NCBI GenBank assembly: GCA_002708715.1 | Contig: PAPB01000028.1 | Coordinates: 8,611 to 72,610, forward strand | Origin: Fidelibacterota bacterium | GTDB lineage: Bacteria; Fidelibacterota; Marinisomatia; Marinisomatales; UBA1611 | DNA: 64,000 bases | Reading direction: 5' to 3' | Shown: piece by piece, positions 30,066-40,566 of the stretch | Position numbering within the stretch: position 1 is the first letter of the stretch | Layout of the letters: each line of letters begins with the position of its first letter | Made by a program: the position numbers and the translations under genes | Notes under the pieces: model-generated | Told to the model about the DNA's origin: nothing | The model's input: the letters and a program-made list of their open reading frames with translations, nothing else | Databases searched by the model: none

Positions 30066-31535
30066 TTAACTATCAGATACCTGATAGTTAGGTGCTTCTT
30101 TTACAATCCTAACCTCATGGGGATGGTTCTCTTTTATCCCCGCTGTAGTAATTTGAGTAAATACAGACTTATTTCCAAATTCAATAATATTTTCACAACC
30201 ACAATAGCCCATAGAAGATCTTATTCCTCCAATCAACTGATGAATGGTATTACGAACGGGCCCTCTATATGGTACCATTCCTTCGATACCTTCTGGTACT
30301 AATTTATTGGCATCCGCCCCTTCTTGAAAATATCGATCACCACTGCCCTTTTTCATTGCACCCATTGAACCCATACCTCTATATGATTTATACTGACGCC
30401 CTTCATAGAGTATTGTCTCTCCTGGACTCTCATCCATGCCAGCTAAAAGGCTACCAAGCATAACTGAATTTGCACCAGCGGCTAAAGCCTTAGCCAAATC
30501 ACCACTATAACGTAATCCACCATCAGCAATAACTGGTATATCTTCATTCCTAGCTACGTCAACAGAATCAATAATAGCAGTTAATTGAGGAACACCTACA
30601 CCTGCTATTACTCGTGTCGTACAACTAGCGCCTGCGCCAATTCCTATTTTAACGCAGTCTACTCCTGCATCAATTAAGGCCTTAGTACCTTCACCAGTTG
30701 CTACATTTCCAGCAATTATCGATAACTGAGGAAAATCTGATTTTAATAATTCAATTGATTTTAATACCCCTTTTGAATGCCCATGCGCTGTATCTATCAC
30801 AACAACATCTACATCTACCCTTAATAATTCAGCAGCACGCTCATAAGAGTCTTCAGATACACCAATCGCAGCACCAACCCTAAGCCTACCATTATTATCC
30901 TTGCAAGCATTAGGATAATCTTCATTTTTTTGAATATCTTTTACTGTTATAAGTCCTGTAAGATTATGATTATCATCAACAACCAATAATTTTTCAATTC
31001 TATGCTTTTGTAATATTTCTTTTGCTTTATTTAATGATGTTCCTACTGGGACTGTCACAAGATTATCACAAGTCATACGCTCTGACACATTTAACATTTC
31101 ATTTGTCTCAAACCTAATATCTCTATTAGTAATAATGCCTTTTAGCATTTCATTCTCAACAACTGGTAGACCACTTATTCTATACTCAGACATAATCTTT
31201 TTTGCTTCAGCTATCGTAGCATTTTGATTTACAGTAATAGGATTTTGAATCATACCACTCTCTGATCTTTTAACCTTATCAACCATATTAACTTGGTCTT
31301 CAATATCTAAATTTTTATGGATAACACCTAAACCTCCTGTCCTTGCAAGAGCTATTGCCATATCACTCTCGGTGACTGTATCCATAGCAGCACTTAATAT
31401 GGGTATATTTAAATCAATATTTTTTGTTAGTTTTGTTTTCAAACTAACATCACGAGGGAGCACATTTGATTTTTGAGGCACTAATAAAACATCATCAAAT
31501 GTAAAAGACTGCTTAAATGGTGGTCTATTTTTCAC
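30066..31535 (-). CDS. guaB: IMP dehydrogenase
   Basis: [21 protein letters not shown] pair, [23 protein letters not shown]. Confidence 0.97.
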   Translation of the reverse strand: MKNRPPFKQSFTFDDVLLVPQKSNVLPRDVSLKTKLTKNIDLNIPILSAAMDTVTESDMAIALARTGGLGVIHKNLDIEDQVNMVDKVKRSESGMIQNPITVNQNATIAEAKKIMSEYRISGLPVVENEMLKGIITNRDIRFETNEMLNVSERMTCDNLVTVPVGTSLNKAKEILQKHRIEKLLVVDDNHNLTGLITVKDIQKNEDYPNACKDNNGRLRVGAAIGVSEDSYERAAELLRVDVDVVVIDTAHGHSKGVLKSIELLKSDFPQLSIIAGNVATGEGTKALIDAGVDCVKIGIGAGASCTTRVIAGVGVPQLTAIIDSVDVARNEDIPVIADGGLRYSGDLAKALAAGANSVMLGSLLAGMDESPGETILYEGRQYKSYRGMGSMGAMKKGSGDRYFQEGADANKLVPEGIEGMVPYRGPVRNTIHQLIGGIRSSMGYCGCENIIEFGNKSVFTQITTAGIKENHPHEVRIVKEAPNYQVSDS

Positions 31536-31537
31536 TT

Positions 31538-33067
31538 TTACTCCAACGTTAAAACTTCAGAGATAATATCTAATATTGTTCCAGATCGAACAAATTTAGT
31601 GACGCTATTAATTTCATTATACAACGATCGATCTCCACTTTGAAAAGAACAATATTTATTTAATGCTTTCAATATAGGTTTAGTCCCATGACCTGCATCT
31701 AAATCTGAAGAACAAATATAATAAGCTGCACCTGCTACAATCAATTCTATTGATAATATTTTATCAATATTTTTTTGTATACCCATCAGCTTATATCCTG
31801 CCCAAGGCGCCATACTTACTATATCTTCTTGTCCACCAGACGTTGGCATTGAATCTATACTCGCAGGATGAGATAAAGTTTTATTTTCAGATGCAAGAGC
31901 AGAAGCGGTAACATGCGCAATCATATACCCAGATTCTATGCCTGGAGTTTTTGTTACAAAGGGAGGTATTTTATCTTTAATACCCTTCATGAAATAATGA
32001 ATTCTTCTTTCTGATATTGCACCAAGTTCTGAAAAAGAGATTGCAAGTGAGTCTAAAGCCAATGCTACATGTTCAGCATGAAAATGTCCAGAACTGACAA
32101 TGTTATTATTATCAAAAATTAAAGGATTATCGCTAATACTATTTATCTCATTGTTAATTATTTTTGCAGAATTTGCAAATATATCTCTACAAGCTCCATG
32201 AATATGAGGTATACAACGAAAGCTATAAGGATCTTGTACTTTCCCACAATTGTTATGCGATTTTACTACTCCACTGTTATTTAATAATCTATATACATTA
32301 TTCGCACTAGATCTTTGTCCTAAATGCAGTTTAAGAGTATGAATTTTTTTTTGAAAAACTTTTCTACTTGAAAAACTATTTTCTACAGAGATTGCGCCAG
32401 CAATATCTGCAACTTTTAATAACCGCTCACCATTAATTAAATTATTAATTGCAATCGCGGTAGATACTTGAGTACCATTAATTAGACTGATACCTTCCTT
32501 TGGCTTCAGTGACAAGGGTCTAATTCTTACTTTACTTAATGCTGCCGTTGTTTTAATTCTTTCACCTTTACAAAAAACTTCACCTTCGCCTATTAGTGCT
32601 AGAGCCAAATGTCCTAATGGTGCTAAATCACCACTTGCACCAACTGACCCTTTTTCAGGAATAACAGGTAAAATATCTTTATTTAAAAATTGTATAATTT
32701 TTTTAGCTAATTCTATACTGACACCACTATATCCTTTAGAAAAAGTAAGTAATTTCAAAAAAAGTATTGTACGAACAAGACCTAAACTCATTGGCGCACC
32801 AGTGCCAGATGCGTGACTCCTGACTAAATTCATTTGAAGTTTTGCTATATGAGGAGAATCAATTGTGATATGGCTAAGATTACCAAATCCAGTATTAACT
32901 CCGTAAATGGATTTACCTTTTTTGAGGGCATTTATTAAATGATTATGAGATTTTATAATTCTCTTTTCTGATTTACTAGAAAGTAAAACTTTTACAGGAC
33001 CTTTGTAAAAAGGATAAAAATCTTTGTAGGTACGATTTTTATTTGAAACAAGTAGGGTTTCCATCAA
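31538..33067 (-). CDS. hutH: Histidine ammonia-lyase
   Basis: [13 protein letters not shown] (His-specific SH), [12 protein letters not shown] (MIO), QDPYSFRC. Confidence 0.9.
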   Translation of the reverse strand: MMETLLVSNKNRTYKDFYPFYKGPVKVLLSSKSEKRIIKSHNHLINALKKGKSIYGVNTGFGNLSHITIDSPHIAKLQMNLVRSHASGTGAPMSLGLVRTILFLKLLTFSKGYSGVSIELAKKIIQFLNKDILPVIPEKGSVGASGDLAPLGHLALALIGEGEVFCKGERIKTTAALSKVRIRPLSLKPKEGISLINGTQVSTAIAINNLINGERLLKVADIAGAISVENSFSSRKVFQKKIHTLKLHLGQRSSANNVYRLLNNSGVVKSHNNCGKVQDPYSFRCIPHIHGACRDIFANSAKIINNEINSISDNPLIFDNNNIVSSGHFHAEHVALALDSLAISFSELGAISERRIHYFMKGIKDKIPPFVTKTPGIESGYMIAHVTASALASENKTLSHPASIDSMPTSGGQEDIVSMAPWAGYKLMGIQKNIDKILSIELIVAGAAYYICSSDLDAGHGTKPILKALNKYCSFQSGDRSLYNEINSVTKFVRSGTILDIISEVLTLE

Positions 33068-33112
33068 CTAATTTATAGAGTCTTATCTATTGATTCCAAT
33101 GATAGAAAATTG

Positions 33113-35923
33113 TTATTTAATTGAATAAAATTCTGAAAAAGTATGCATTTCTACTGGCAATGATTGACTGAAAATTTCACCATATCTTTTTACAACTATA
33201 CGATTATCTAAACATAAAAATTTTCCTGCATCATAGCTCGTTCTTATAAGCCTTCCAAAACCTTGTCTAAACCGAATTGCAGCTTCAGGAAGACTGTACT
33301 CCATAAAGCTATTTCCACCCATTTTATTAACATATTCCGAGTATGATTTGATTAAAGGTTCACTTGGGACATCAAAAGGCAACTTAACCAAAACTAAAAT
33401 TTCTAATAAGTCCCCAGGCAAATCCACTCCCTCCCAAAAACTATTTGTACCAAATAATATTCCGTTTGGATTTTGATGCATACCTTTTATAATTGCTGGT
33501 TTTGAAGCTCCTCTTGTTTGAGCAAAAAGAGGCAAATCCCTTCCATCTTTTTTCGCTCTTAATTCTTTAGCTGTATCACTTAAAGCTTTAATTGATGTAA
33601 ATAGGACCATTATCCTTTTATTAAATGTCTTATGTAAATAATATACTAATTCGGAAATCGCTTTTGAATCGTTTGATATTTCACGAGCTCCTCCATATTG
33701 ATAATAGCTTACTTGTTCATTATAGAAGAAAGGACTTAAAAAATCTTTTGTCAAGACATTGCCATAATCTCCAAGCCCAATTCTTCCAAGAAAATAACTA
33801 AATGAGTTTTGTACCTTTAATGTTGCAGAAGTTAGAATGCAATTTTCTAATTGATTAAAAAAAGAAGTATGTAAAGTATCTGAGACATCTACCAAAGAAG
33901 CATGCAATGATATTTGTAGTATTTGATTCTCACTACCTCGGCTTCTATATTCTCCTTCCATCCAATAAACCCACTCAGAATTTTGGTTTTCAGTTAAATG
34001 AACTATTGTATTCAATAAAACAGTGGACGTCTCTAAACCTTGTTCTATAATATTATGCAATACTGTATAGTCAGATCTTTTTGGATCCATTTCAAGTATC
34101 ATCTTTTTCATTTTATCCAAAATAGAAAAAATTATTTCAAAACTTTTTTTCAATGAATCTAAGCTTAGTTTAGTAGAAGCATATATTTTATCAATATTCC
34201 CAAGTATTGGCTTGTCTTGATATGCTTTGGTAGGAGAATATCTATGCTGGTTATCATCAACAAGATCCGTCATAAAACTTTTTAAATATTGCGATGCATT
34301 TTGAACAGCAGCCTTTAATTCTTCTCTACTGTTTTTAACATCGCTATTTATTTCAGATATATTATTTAATATATTGTTCCAACGATTAGATCTAGGATGA
34401 GATGGATCCAAAGTTTGTAATTGATAGGTGACTTGCTGCTCATTCCATTCAACTTTAAACTGATCATACGCCGCTTTAACTAAATTATGGGCCTCATCAA
34501 CAATCACCGAAGAATAGGAAGGTAAAAGACCTTCCTGAGATACATTTGTCATTAGCAGCGAGTGATTTGCAACAATAATGTGTGCCTGAAAAATATTTTT
34601 TTTAAGATTTCCATAATAGCATCCTCTATGCCGATTGCAAATTTCACTAGTACAAAACCCAGTATCACTAGATATTGCAGATTTAAGCCAATTTCTCCTT
34701 GTGTTTAAAAAACCCGAGCACTCCGCAATATCTCCAGTTTTAGTCCAAAATAACCAAAATACGATTGGAATTAAAGCCTCAAGGTCAATATGATCTAGAG
34801 TTTTTGCATCAGATATAAGCCAATTGAACCGAGTCTTACAGATATAATTTTTTCTACCTTTTAGCATCACTGCTTTTATAGGGACATCTAAAGCAGTAGA
34901 GAGCAAAGGTAAATCTTTATGAAATAATTGATCTTGCAAATGTTTTGTATTGCACGCGATAATAACAGGGCCATTTTCTTCTACATTTCCACTCTCTTTA
35001 ATTGCACCAAAAAGATATGCCATTGTTTTACCTAGACCAGTACCAGCCTCCAATACACCAATTTTACCATTTTCTGATAATATATCGTTAACTAGTTGAG
35101 CATACTCTTTTTGATTTGGCCTACTTTCAAAATTTGGATGTACATTGGATAGAGTTCCACTTTCACCAAAAACATCATCTGCAGAAAGTGATTGGATATC
35201 CCTTTTACCATTGTGGCTGTATATATTAGTCTGGCATTGTGGAATGTTTTTTTGTTCAATCATTCCTTTTTTTAAATCGCCTTGTTTTATTAATGTATTT
35301 GCTAAATTAACATAAAGCTGAATGTTTGGTATGTCTGTGCCTTGAATAAGGGAATTTACTTTTGATATCAATTCTAATGGATATCCAGCAATTTCATTTA
35401 TTAATTCTAAAAAAATTTGGCCTGTATTTTCCGTATCATTCTCAGCTCTATGCGCACCCTCAGAAGATAAACCATAATAGTCTGATAAAGCACTTAAATT
35501 AAAAACTGGCTGATCAAACAAGAGACTCCTCGCAAGTTGAAGGGTATCATACTTAATAAAATTCTTTTCTTTTTTTCCATGACGTAAACAAAGTTGAGAA
35601 AGAAATTTTTCATCAAAATGAATATTATGAGCAACAAGAGGTATATCATCTAAAAAATTTAAAAACTCATCAATTATTTTTTCTTCATTAGGAGCCTTAC
35701 TTACCATTATGTTAGATATACCTGTAATATCTGATATAATAGCTGGAATATTGCGTCCAGGATTTACTAAGCTTACAAAACGATCTACTATTTCACCATT
35801 TTCAAACCGAATAGCAGCGATCTCTATAATTCTATCATTTATAGGGTCTAATCCTGTTGTTTCAAAATCAAATGCAGTAAAAGATGACAGGTCTAAAGAT
35901 TGAAGTAATTTTTGAGTATTCAA
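33113..35923 (-). CDS. dinG: DnaQ-like 3'-5' exonuclease fused to DinG-family helicase
   Basis: FDFETTG..HRAEND (DEDDh); EAGTGLGKT, KGRKNYIC, DEAH, SATL, SFWEGVD, QGFGRLIR. Confidence 0.92.
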   Translation of the reverse strand: MNTQKLLQSLDLSSFTAFDFETTGLDPINDRIIEIAAIRFENGEIVDRFVSLVNPGRNIPAIISDITGISNIMVSKAPNEEKIIDEFLNFLDDIPLVAHNIHFDEKFLSQLCLRHGKKEKNFIKYDTLQLARSLLFDQPVFNLSALSDYYGLSSEGAHRAENDTENTGQIFLELINEIAGYPLELISKVNSLIQGTDIPNIQLYVNLANTLIKQGDLKKGMIEQKNIPQCQTNIYSHNGKRDIQSLSADDVFGESGTLSNVHPNFESRPNQKEYAQLVNDILSENGKIGVLEAGTGLGKTMAYLFGAIKESGNVEENGPVIIACNTKHLQDQLFHKDLPLLSTALDVPIKAVMLKGRKNYICKTRFNWLISDAKTLDHIDLEALIPIVFWLFWTKTGDIAECSGFLNTRRNWLKSAISSDTGFCTSEICNRHRGCYYGNLKKNIFQAHIIVANHSLLMTNVSQEGLLPSYSSVIVDEAHNLVKAAYDQFKVEWNEQQVTYQLQTLDPSHPRSNRWNNILNNISEINSDVKNSREELKAAVQNASQYLKSFMTDLVDDNQHRYSPTKAYQDKPILGNIDKIYASTKLSLDSLKKSFEIIFSILDKMKKMILEMDPKRSDYTVLHNIIEQGLETSTVLLNTIVHLTENQNSEWVYWMEGEYRSRGSENQILQISLHASLVDVSDTLHTSFFNQLENCILTSATLKVQNSFSYFLGRIGLGDYGNVLTKDFLSPFFYNEQVSYYQYGGAREISNDSKAISELVYYLHKTFNKRIMVLFTSIKALSDTAKELRAKKDGRDLPLFAQTRGASKPAIIKGMHQNPNGILFGTNSFWEGVDLPGDLLEILVLVKLPFDVPSEPLIKSYSEYVNKMGGNSFMEYSLPEAAIRFRQGFGRLIRTSYDAGKFLCLDNRIVVKRYGEIFSQSLPVEMHTFSEFYSIK

Positions 35924-35934
35924 TTAGTCGACTG

Positions 35935-37149
35935 CTATGAAAAAAGGATTTTAAAATAAAAAAGAGGGCTAGAGAGTTCATCTTTTGGAATTTCATTAGA
36001 TAGCATACCTGATATTATTTCCTGAACCTCTTTATTTCTAGATGCTCTATTAATAACAAAGTTCAATAAAAAACTAGATCTAGATAAAGATTGTAATTTT
36101 GTACTGGTTCGCAACTCTTTTCCTATCTCATCCCATAGTAGCAGGTCATACATTTTCAGCATATTCTCAGAATAGTCTCCTGATTGCTTTGCTTTTCGTA
36201 CAACAGATATAGCATATTTTGCGGAGACCATAGCATTACCAATACCTTCCCCTGTAAAGGGATCAATTAATCCAGCAGAATCTCCAAGCAACATATAACC
36301 ATCTCCATGATTTTTTCTATGAACACTTCCCATTGGCAGGTTCCATCCTTTTGGATTTTCTAATGGTTTTGCATTTGAGAATCTCTCTTTGAAATATTTT
36401 GATAGAGTTACTTCATTTAAAATATTTCTTAAAGTTCTGTCTTCTTTTTTTGCATCATTCTTGCTTAAACCGATACCAATATTTGCTTTGTTATTTCCAG
36501 CAGGGAATAACCAAAAGTATCCAGGTTTAACTTCGCTTATATAGTGAAGTTCAATCTGATTTGAAAGTCCAGTTATACCTTCATAATAACACCTTATCGC
36601 AACTGCCGTATTATCCATGTCCCTCTTATAAGTTTTTGACTTTCTTGCGATAACAGAATTTGCACCATCACATCCTAAGATAATTGGAGCCTCAATTATC
36701 TTTTCAATTCCTTCATTATCGACTCCACAAATACCGATAAGTTTGTTTTTTTCATAGATTAAATCTTTAACCTTAAAGCCCTCAAGTGTATCCGTAACGC
36801 TTTTGGCTTTATTAAATAAATAATTATCAAAAATTTCTCTAGGGATCACAAAACCTTTAGTAATATGATTGTTATTTTTATTACCCTTAAGATGAACATC
36901 AAATTGACTATGGTTGGGTCCACCAAATGTAATTCTATTTATCTCAGAACCGTTTAACTTTTCGACTTCACTAATTAAATTTAGCTCTTCCATAATACGA
37001 ACACTTTTACCAGATAATGCATCCCCACAAATTTTATCTCTAGGGAATATAGCTTTATCAAGAAGAATACAATTTAAATTATATTTGTCTGCATAAAGAG
37101 CAGCTGTAGAGCCAGCAGGACCAGCCCCGACAATTATCGCATCATACAT
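35935..37149 (-). CDS. Geranylgeranyl reductase-family FAD oxidoreductase
   Basis: GAGPAGS, FPRDKICGD, GYFWLFP, GDSAGLIDPFTGEGI. Confidence 0.88.
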   Translation of the reverse strand: MYDAIIVGAGPAGSTAALYADKYNLNCILLDKAIFPRDKICGDALSGKSVRIMEELNLISEVEKLNGSEINRITFGGPNHSQFDVHLKGNKNNNHITKGFVIPREIFDNYLFNKAKSVTDTLEGFKVKDLIYEKNKLIGICGVDNEGIEKIIEAPIILGCDGANSVIARKSKTYKRDMDNTAVAIRCYYEGITGLSNQIELHYISEVKPGYFWLFPAGNNKANIGIGLSKNDAKKEDRTLRNILNEVTLSKYFKERFSNAKPLENPKGWNLPMGSVHRKNHGDGYMLLGDSAGLIDPFTGEGIGNAMVSAKYAISVVRKAKQSGDYSENMLKMYDLLLWDEIGKELRTSTKLQSLSRSSFLLNFVINRASRNKEVQEIISGMLSNEIPKDELSSPLFYFKILFS

Positions 37150-37151
37150 AT

Positions 37152-37961
37152 TTATTCTTCTAAAAAGTCTACACCAAAAGATGGAAATACAATGCCATAT
37201 CGAAAATAATTTATTGTCCTAATAATAAAAAATAAACTGCATAGTGGGATTAAAAACCAAGGCACACGAACACATAAAAACATTGCAAAAGAAAATAAAG
37301 GAAAAAATCTGGCTCTTTGTAAATGTCGAACGTGATTAGGCCAAACTAATGTAATTAATGGAAATGGTACTGAAACTGAACCGGCTGTACTTATAATAGG
37401 ATCATCCAAATAGATACCTAACACCACAGAAAAAAGCATCAATAATAAAGAAAAGGAAAAATATTCGATTTTATTATTCCAATCAAAATGATTCCACTCA
37501 CCTTTGTTTTCATCTAAAATTAATGGAAATTGAAAAACTAAAAGTCCAGATAAAAATGCTAATGAATAAGGAATCAAACCAATAAAATTTGGTAATAACC
37601 CACTTACCCCAATGTTTCCAAAAATAAGTAGTAGGTATGATACAATTGTATGAATTAAAATTTCTCTATTACTAAGAATTTTTGATCCAACTTCCCATAA
37701 ATTATTTGGTTTTAATATAAATAAATATAATATTGAAATAATTATAATTTTCATTAAGCCAATAGCCCAACCTTGCCATGACCAGTAAACAAATCGTTCG
37801 TTTATATCTATCCCAACAACAGTACCCGCGACGACTAGAGTCCATAAAGAAAATAATCTAAGCAATCCCATAGAGTCCATTTTCTTACCTAGATCAACAA
37901 ACAAAGAATTTAATCGATTAAAATAGTTTGATTTTTTAGGAAATAAACGAGCGATAATCAT
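37152..37961 (-). CDS. Hypothetical polytopic membrane protein
   Basis: About 7-8 hydrophobic segments; tightly spaced between the NSS transporter and the GGR gene. Confidence 0.65.
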   Translation of the reverse strand: MIIARLFPKKSNYFNRLNSLFVDLGKKMDSMGLLRLFSLWTLVVAGTVVGIDINERFVYWSWQGWAIGLMKIIIISILYLFILKPNNLWEVGSKILSNREILIHTIVSYLLLIFGNIGVSGLLPNFIGLIPYSLAFLSGLLVFQFPLILDENKGEWNHFDWNNKIEYFSFSLLLMLFSVVLGIYLDDPIISTAGSVSVPFPLITLVWPNHVRHLQRARFFPLFSFAMFLCVRVPWFLIPLCSLFFIIRTINYFRYGIVFPSFGVDFLEE

Positions 37962-37964
37962 AAA

Positions 37965-39338
37965 CTATCCAATGATTGGATTTCCTGTTAAAATTGCAAT
38001 CACTTCATTTGTTATAATAAAACCAACAACTAATGCTGAAATGATAAAAAGAGCCTTCACAAGATTTGGTTCAAGATTTTTATTTTTCATACCAGTAATC
38101 AATTCTTTTATAAAATCATTAACTCCCCATTTTAATAATATAAATAAAGCTGTGAGCATACCACCAATTGGCAACATATACTTAGATGATAGATAATCTA
38201 AAAAGTCAAAAAAGGAAATATTGAAAATTGTATTAAAATCATTAAAACCACCCATTGACATTGAACAAAAAATTCCCACCAAAGTCACAATTGATCCAAA
38301 AATAACAGTCGCTTTTTCTCGACTCCATTCTTTCTCATCTATAAAATATGCAGTAATAACTTCTAATATTGATATAGCCGATGTAAGTGCTGCCATAAAC
38401 AACAAGAAAAAAAATAAAGATCCCCATAATATTCCACCCGCTATTTGAGGGAACATTGTTGGTAGTGCGACAAAAATTAACCCTGGACCTGAATCTGGAT
38501 TAGCACCCAATGCAAATACCGTGGCAAAGATTGCCACTCCTGCCATTATTGCAATAAGAGTATCTAAAAGAATAACCCATAAAGCAGAAGATAAAAGATT
38601 TTGATCTCTTTTTAGGTAGCTACCATAGGTAATCATTGTCCCCATTCCTAGACTTAATGTAAAAAATGCGTGTCCTAATGCTAAAACAACACTTGATGCA
38701 TTTAAATCTCCAAATTTTGGTTTAAATAAAAACTCTAACGCCATAGACCCATTGGGAAGTGTTAAACCTCTAACCATTAATAATACCAGAATAAATAAAA
38801 TAGCTGGCATCATAATTTTAGCCCATTTTTCAATACCACCTTTAACACCTTTAATAATCACCATAATTGTTAGGGCCATAAAAGCGATTTGCCAAAATAC
38901 AGGATTGATGGGATTTGAAATAAAAGATTTAAATTGCTGACCAGCCAATTCTGGATTTCCTGAAAAATCCATAAAACCGCCTGATAAAGAAAGCATTGCA
39001 TATCTAAGTGTCCAACCACCAACAACACCATAGAAAGAGAGGATAACAAATGCAGCGCATACACCTAAAACACCCACAAATTTCCAATTTGTATTTGGAG
39101 CTAAAGTTTTAAATGCACCGACAGGACTTAATTGAGTTTTACGTCCTATTACAAATTCAGCTATTACAATTGGTAAACCGACTAATAAAATACATAAAAG
39201 GTAAACCACTGTAAAAGCAGCCCCTCCATTTTCACCAGCCATATGCGGATATTTCCAAATATTCCCTAAACCAACTGCCGATCCCGATGCGGCTAGAATA
39301 AATCCAATTTTAGAGCCCCATTGCTCTCTATTTTTCAT
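37965..39338 (-). CDS. Sodium-dependent transporter, NSS/SNF family
   Basis: REQWGSKIGFILAASGSAVGLGNIWKYP..NGGAAF, AFFTLSLG, GPGLIF; start probably MKNREQW at 39338. Confidence 0.95.
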   Translation of the reverse strand: MKNREQWGSKIGFILAASGSAVGLGNIWKYPHMAGENGGAAFTVVYLLCILLVGLPIVIAEFVIGRKTQLSPVGAFKTLAPNTNWKFVGVLGVCAAFVILSFYGVVGGWTLRYAMLSLSGGFMDFSGNPELAGQQFKSFISNPINPVFWQIAFMALTIMVIIKGVKGGIEKWAKIMMPAILFILVLLMVRGLTLPNGSMALEFLFKPKFGDLNASSVVLALGHAFFTLSLGMGTMITYGSYLKRDQNLLSSALWVILLDTLIAIMAGVAIFATVFALGANPDSGPGLIFVALPTMFPQIAGGILWGSLFFFLLFMAALTSAISILEVITAYFIDEKEWSREKATVIFGSIVTLVGIFCSMSMGGFNDFNTIFNISFFDFLDYLSSKYMLPIGGMLTALFILLKWGVNDFIKELITGMKNKNLEPNLVKALFIISALVVGFIITNEVIAILTGNPIIG

Positions 39339-39777
39339 ATACTCCTCCCTCATTATTTTCCTTATCTAAAGAACTATTCATCAGCGTGTCAAAGGAATTC
39401 AAATGTGCATCCACCACAGCATCAATCATAGAATAAACATATATGATGCCTATCCACCAAGCATATTTATTCCTTTTTTCTAGATATCTGTTTCGATTAA
39501 GTGGCAAGCTACTATCATAATTATTATAACTTTCTAAATTATTAGACCATGCAGATATAGCAGAAGCTTCTATTGCGATTATCATTGCTGATTTCAACCA
39601 TTTACCATTATAAGCCTGCCCCATACCTGGAATTAAAGAAAAGTAAAATGCTTTTTTAGGATCTTTTTGTTGATTCGTTTTATCATCATTTGCAACTGCA
39701 ATATTCAACAATAAAATATATACTCCTATTTTAAGAAATATTATATACTTATCTGGACGCAATACACTCAATTTCAA
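39328..39777 (-). CDS. DUF5683-like membrane protein
   Basis: PKKAFYFSLIPGMGQAYNGKWLK..IDAVVDAHL; start uncertain. Confidence 0.75.
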   Translation of the reverse strand: MKLSVLRPDKYIIFLKIGVYILLLNIAVANDDKTNQQKDPKKAFYFSLIPGMGQAYNGKWLKSAMIIAIEASAISAWSNNLESYNNYDSSLPLNRNRYLEKRNKYAWWIGIIYVYSMIDAVVDAHLNSFDTLMNSSLDKENNEGGVYEK

Positions 39778-40129
39778 CCAATGCTCCGAGAGGCAACTTG
39801 GATACTTCTACAGTTGATCGTGCAGGAAATGTCACACTGCCAAAAAATTCTTTAAAAACATCATTCACAATTGAAAATTGATCCAGGTTAATTAAAAATA
39901 CTGTTAATTTTATTATATTACTCTTACTTAATCCTGCATCGCATAAAATTAAATCAATATTTTTCAAGACCTGTTTAATTTCAGATTCCATGCCTCCTTC
40001 TACTAAAGTACCATTCACTGGATCAAGTCCTACTTGGCCACTAGTGAAAATAAAATTATTAATTTCAATTGCCTGGTTATATGTTCCAACGGCTTTTGGT
40101 GCGTTAGGAGTATGAACTACTTTTTTCAT
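39749..40129 (-). CDS. ridA: RidA-family enamine/imine deaminase
   Basis: APKAVGTYNQA, SGQ, FPARSTVEVSKLP..VEIECIA. Confidence 0.92.
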   Translation of the reverse strand: MKKVVHTPNAPKAVGTYNQAIEINNFIFTSGQVGLDPVNGTLVEGGMESEIKQVLKNIDLILCDAGLSKSNIIKLTVFLINLDQFSIVNDVFKEFFGSVTFPARSTVEVSKLPLGALVEIECIASR

Positions 40130-40134
40130 TATTT

Positions 40135-40566
40135 TCAGAATCTATTATCGAGACAGATACAAGGTAATCCAACTTCCTCATTTAATTCACGGTAACCATC
40201 TCCATCAAATTTTCTTAAAAAAAATTCACCTACAGCTGCTACCGTAGTCTCAAACAAATGTCCACCTAAGGTTTTCATTTCATGATTAGATAAAACCACA
40301 TGAGCATGCACAAAAGATTTGTCATCTTTTAATGTGACATTACCTTCAAAACTTACCAACTCAAGTACTCCTAAAAACTCTTTTTTTATATAGGTCTTTG
40401 CAACAATATCATATGCACCTATTTCAGTCTGTTTTACAGCTCCTATGCCAGAGATCTTTCCATTCTTAATACCTTGAGAATTACAAAATTTTGTAATTGT
40501 ATCCATCACTTTCTCATTTTTTTCAACATAAATAAAATAATCTTCACCTATTTGTTTATATTGCAT
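40135..40566 (-). CDS. PPC-domain (DUF296) protein
   Basis: SGIGA, ELVSFEGN, HAHVVL..GGHL. Confidence 0.88.
   Translation of the reverse strand: MQYKQIGEDYFIYVEKNEKVMDTITKFCNSQGIKNGKISGIGAVKQTEIGAYDIVAKTYIKKEFLGVLELVSFEGNVTLKDDKSFVHAHVVLSNHEMKTLGGHLFETTVAAVGEFFLRKFDGDGYRELNEEVGLPCICLDNRF

Noticed and set aside
33113-35923. DnaQ-DinG fusion as a possible type IV CRISPR or defence component
   Set aside because: Well-known housekeeping architecture; no cas genes or array nearby
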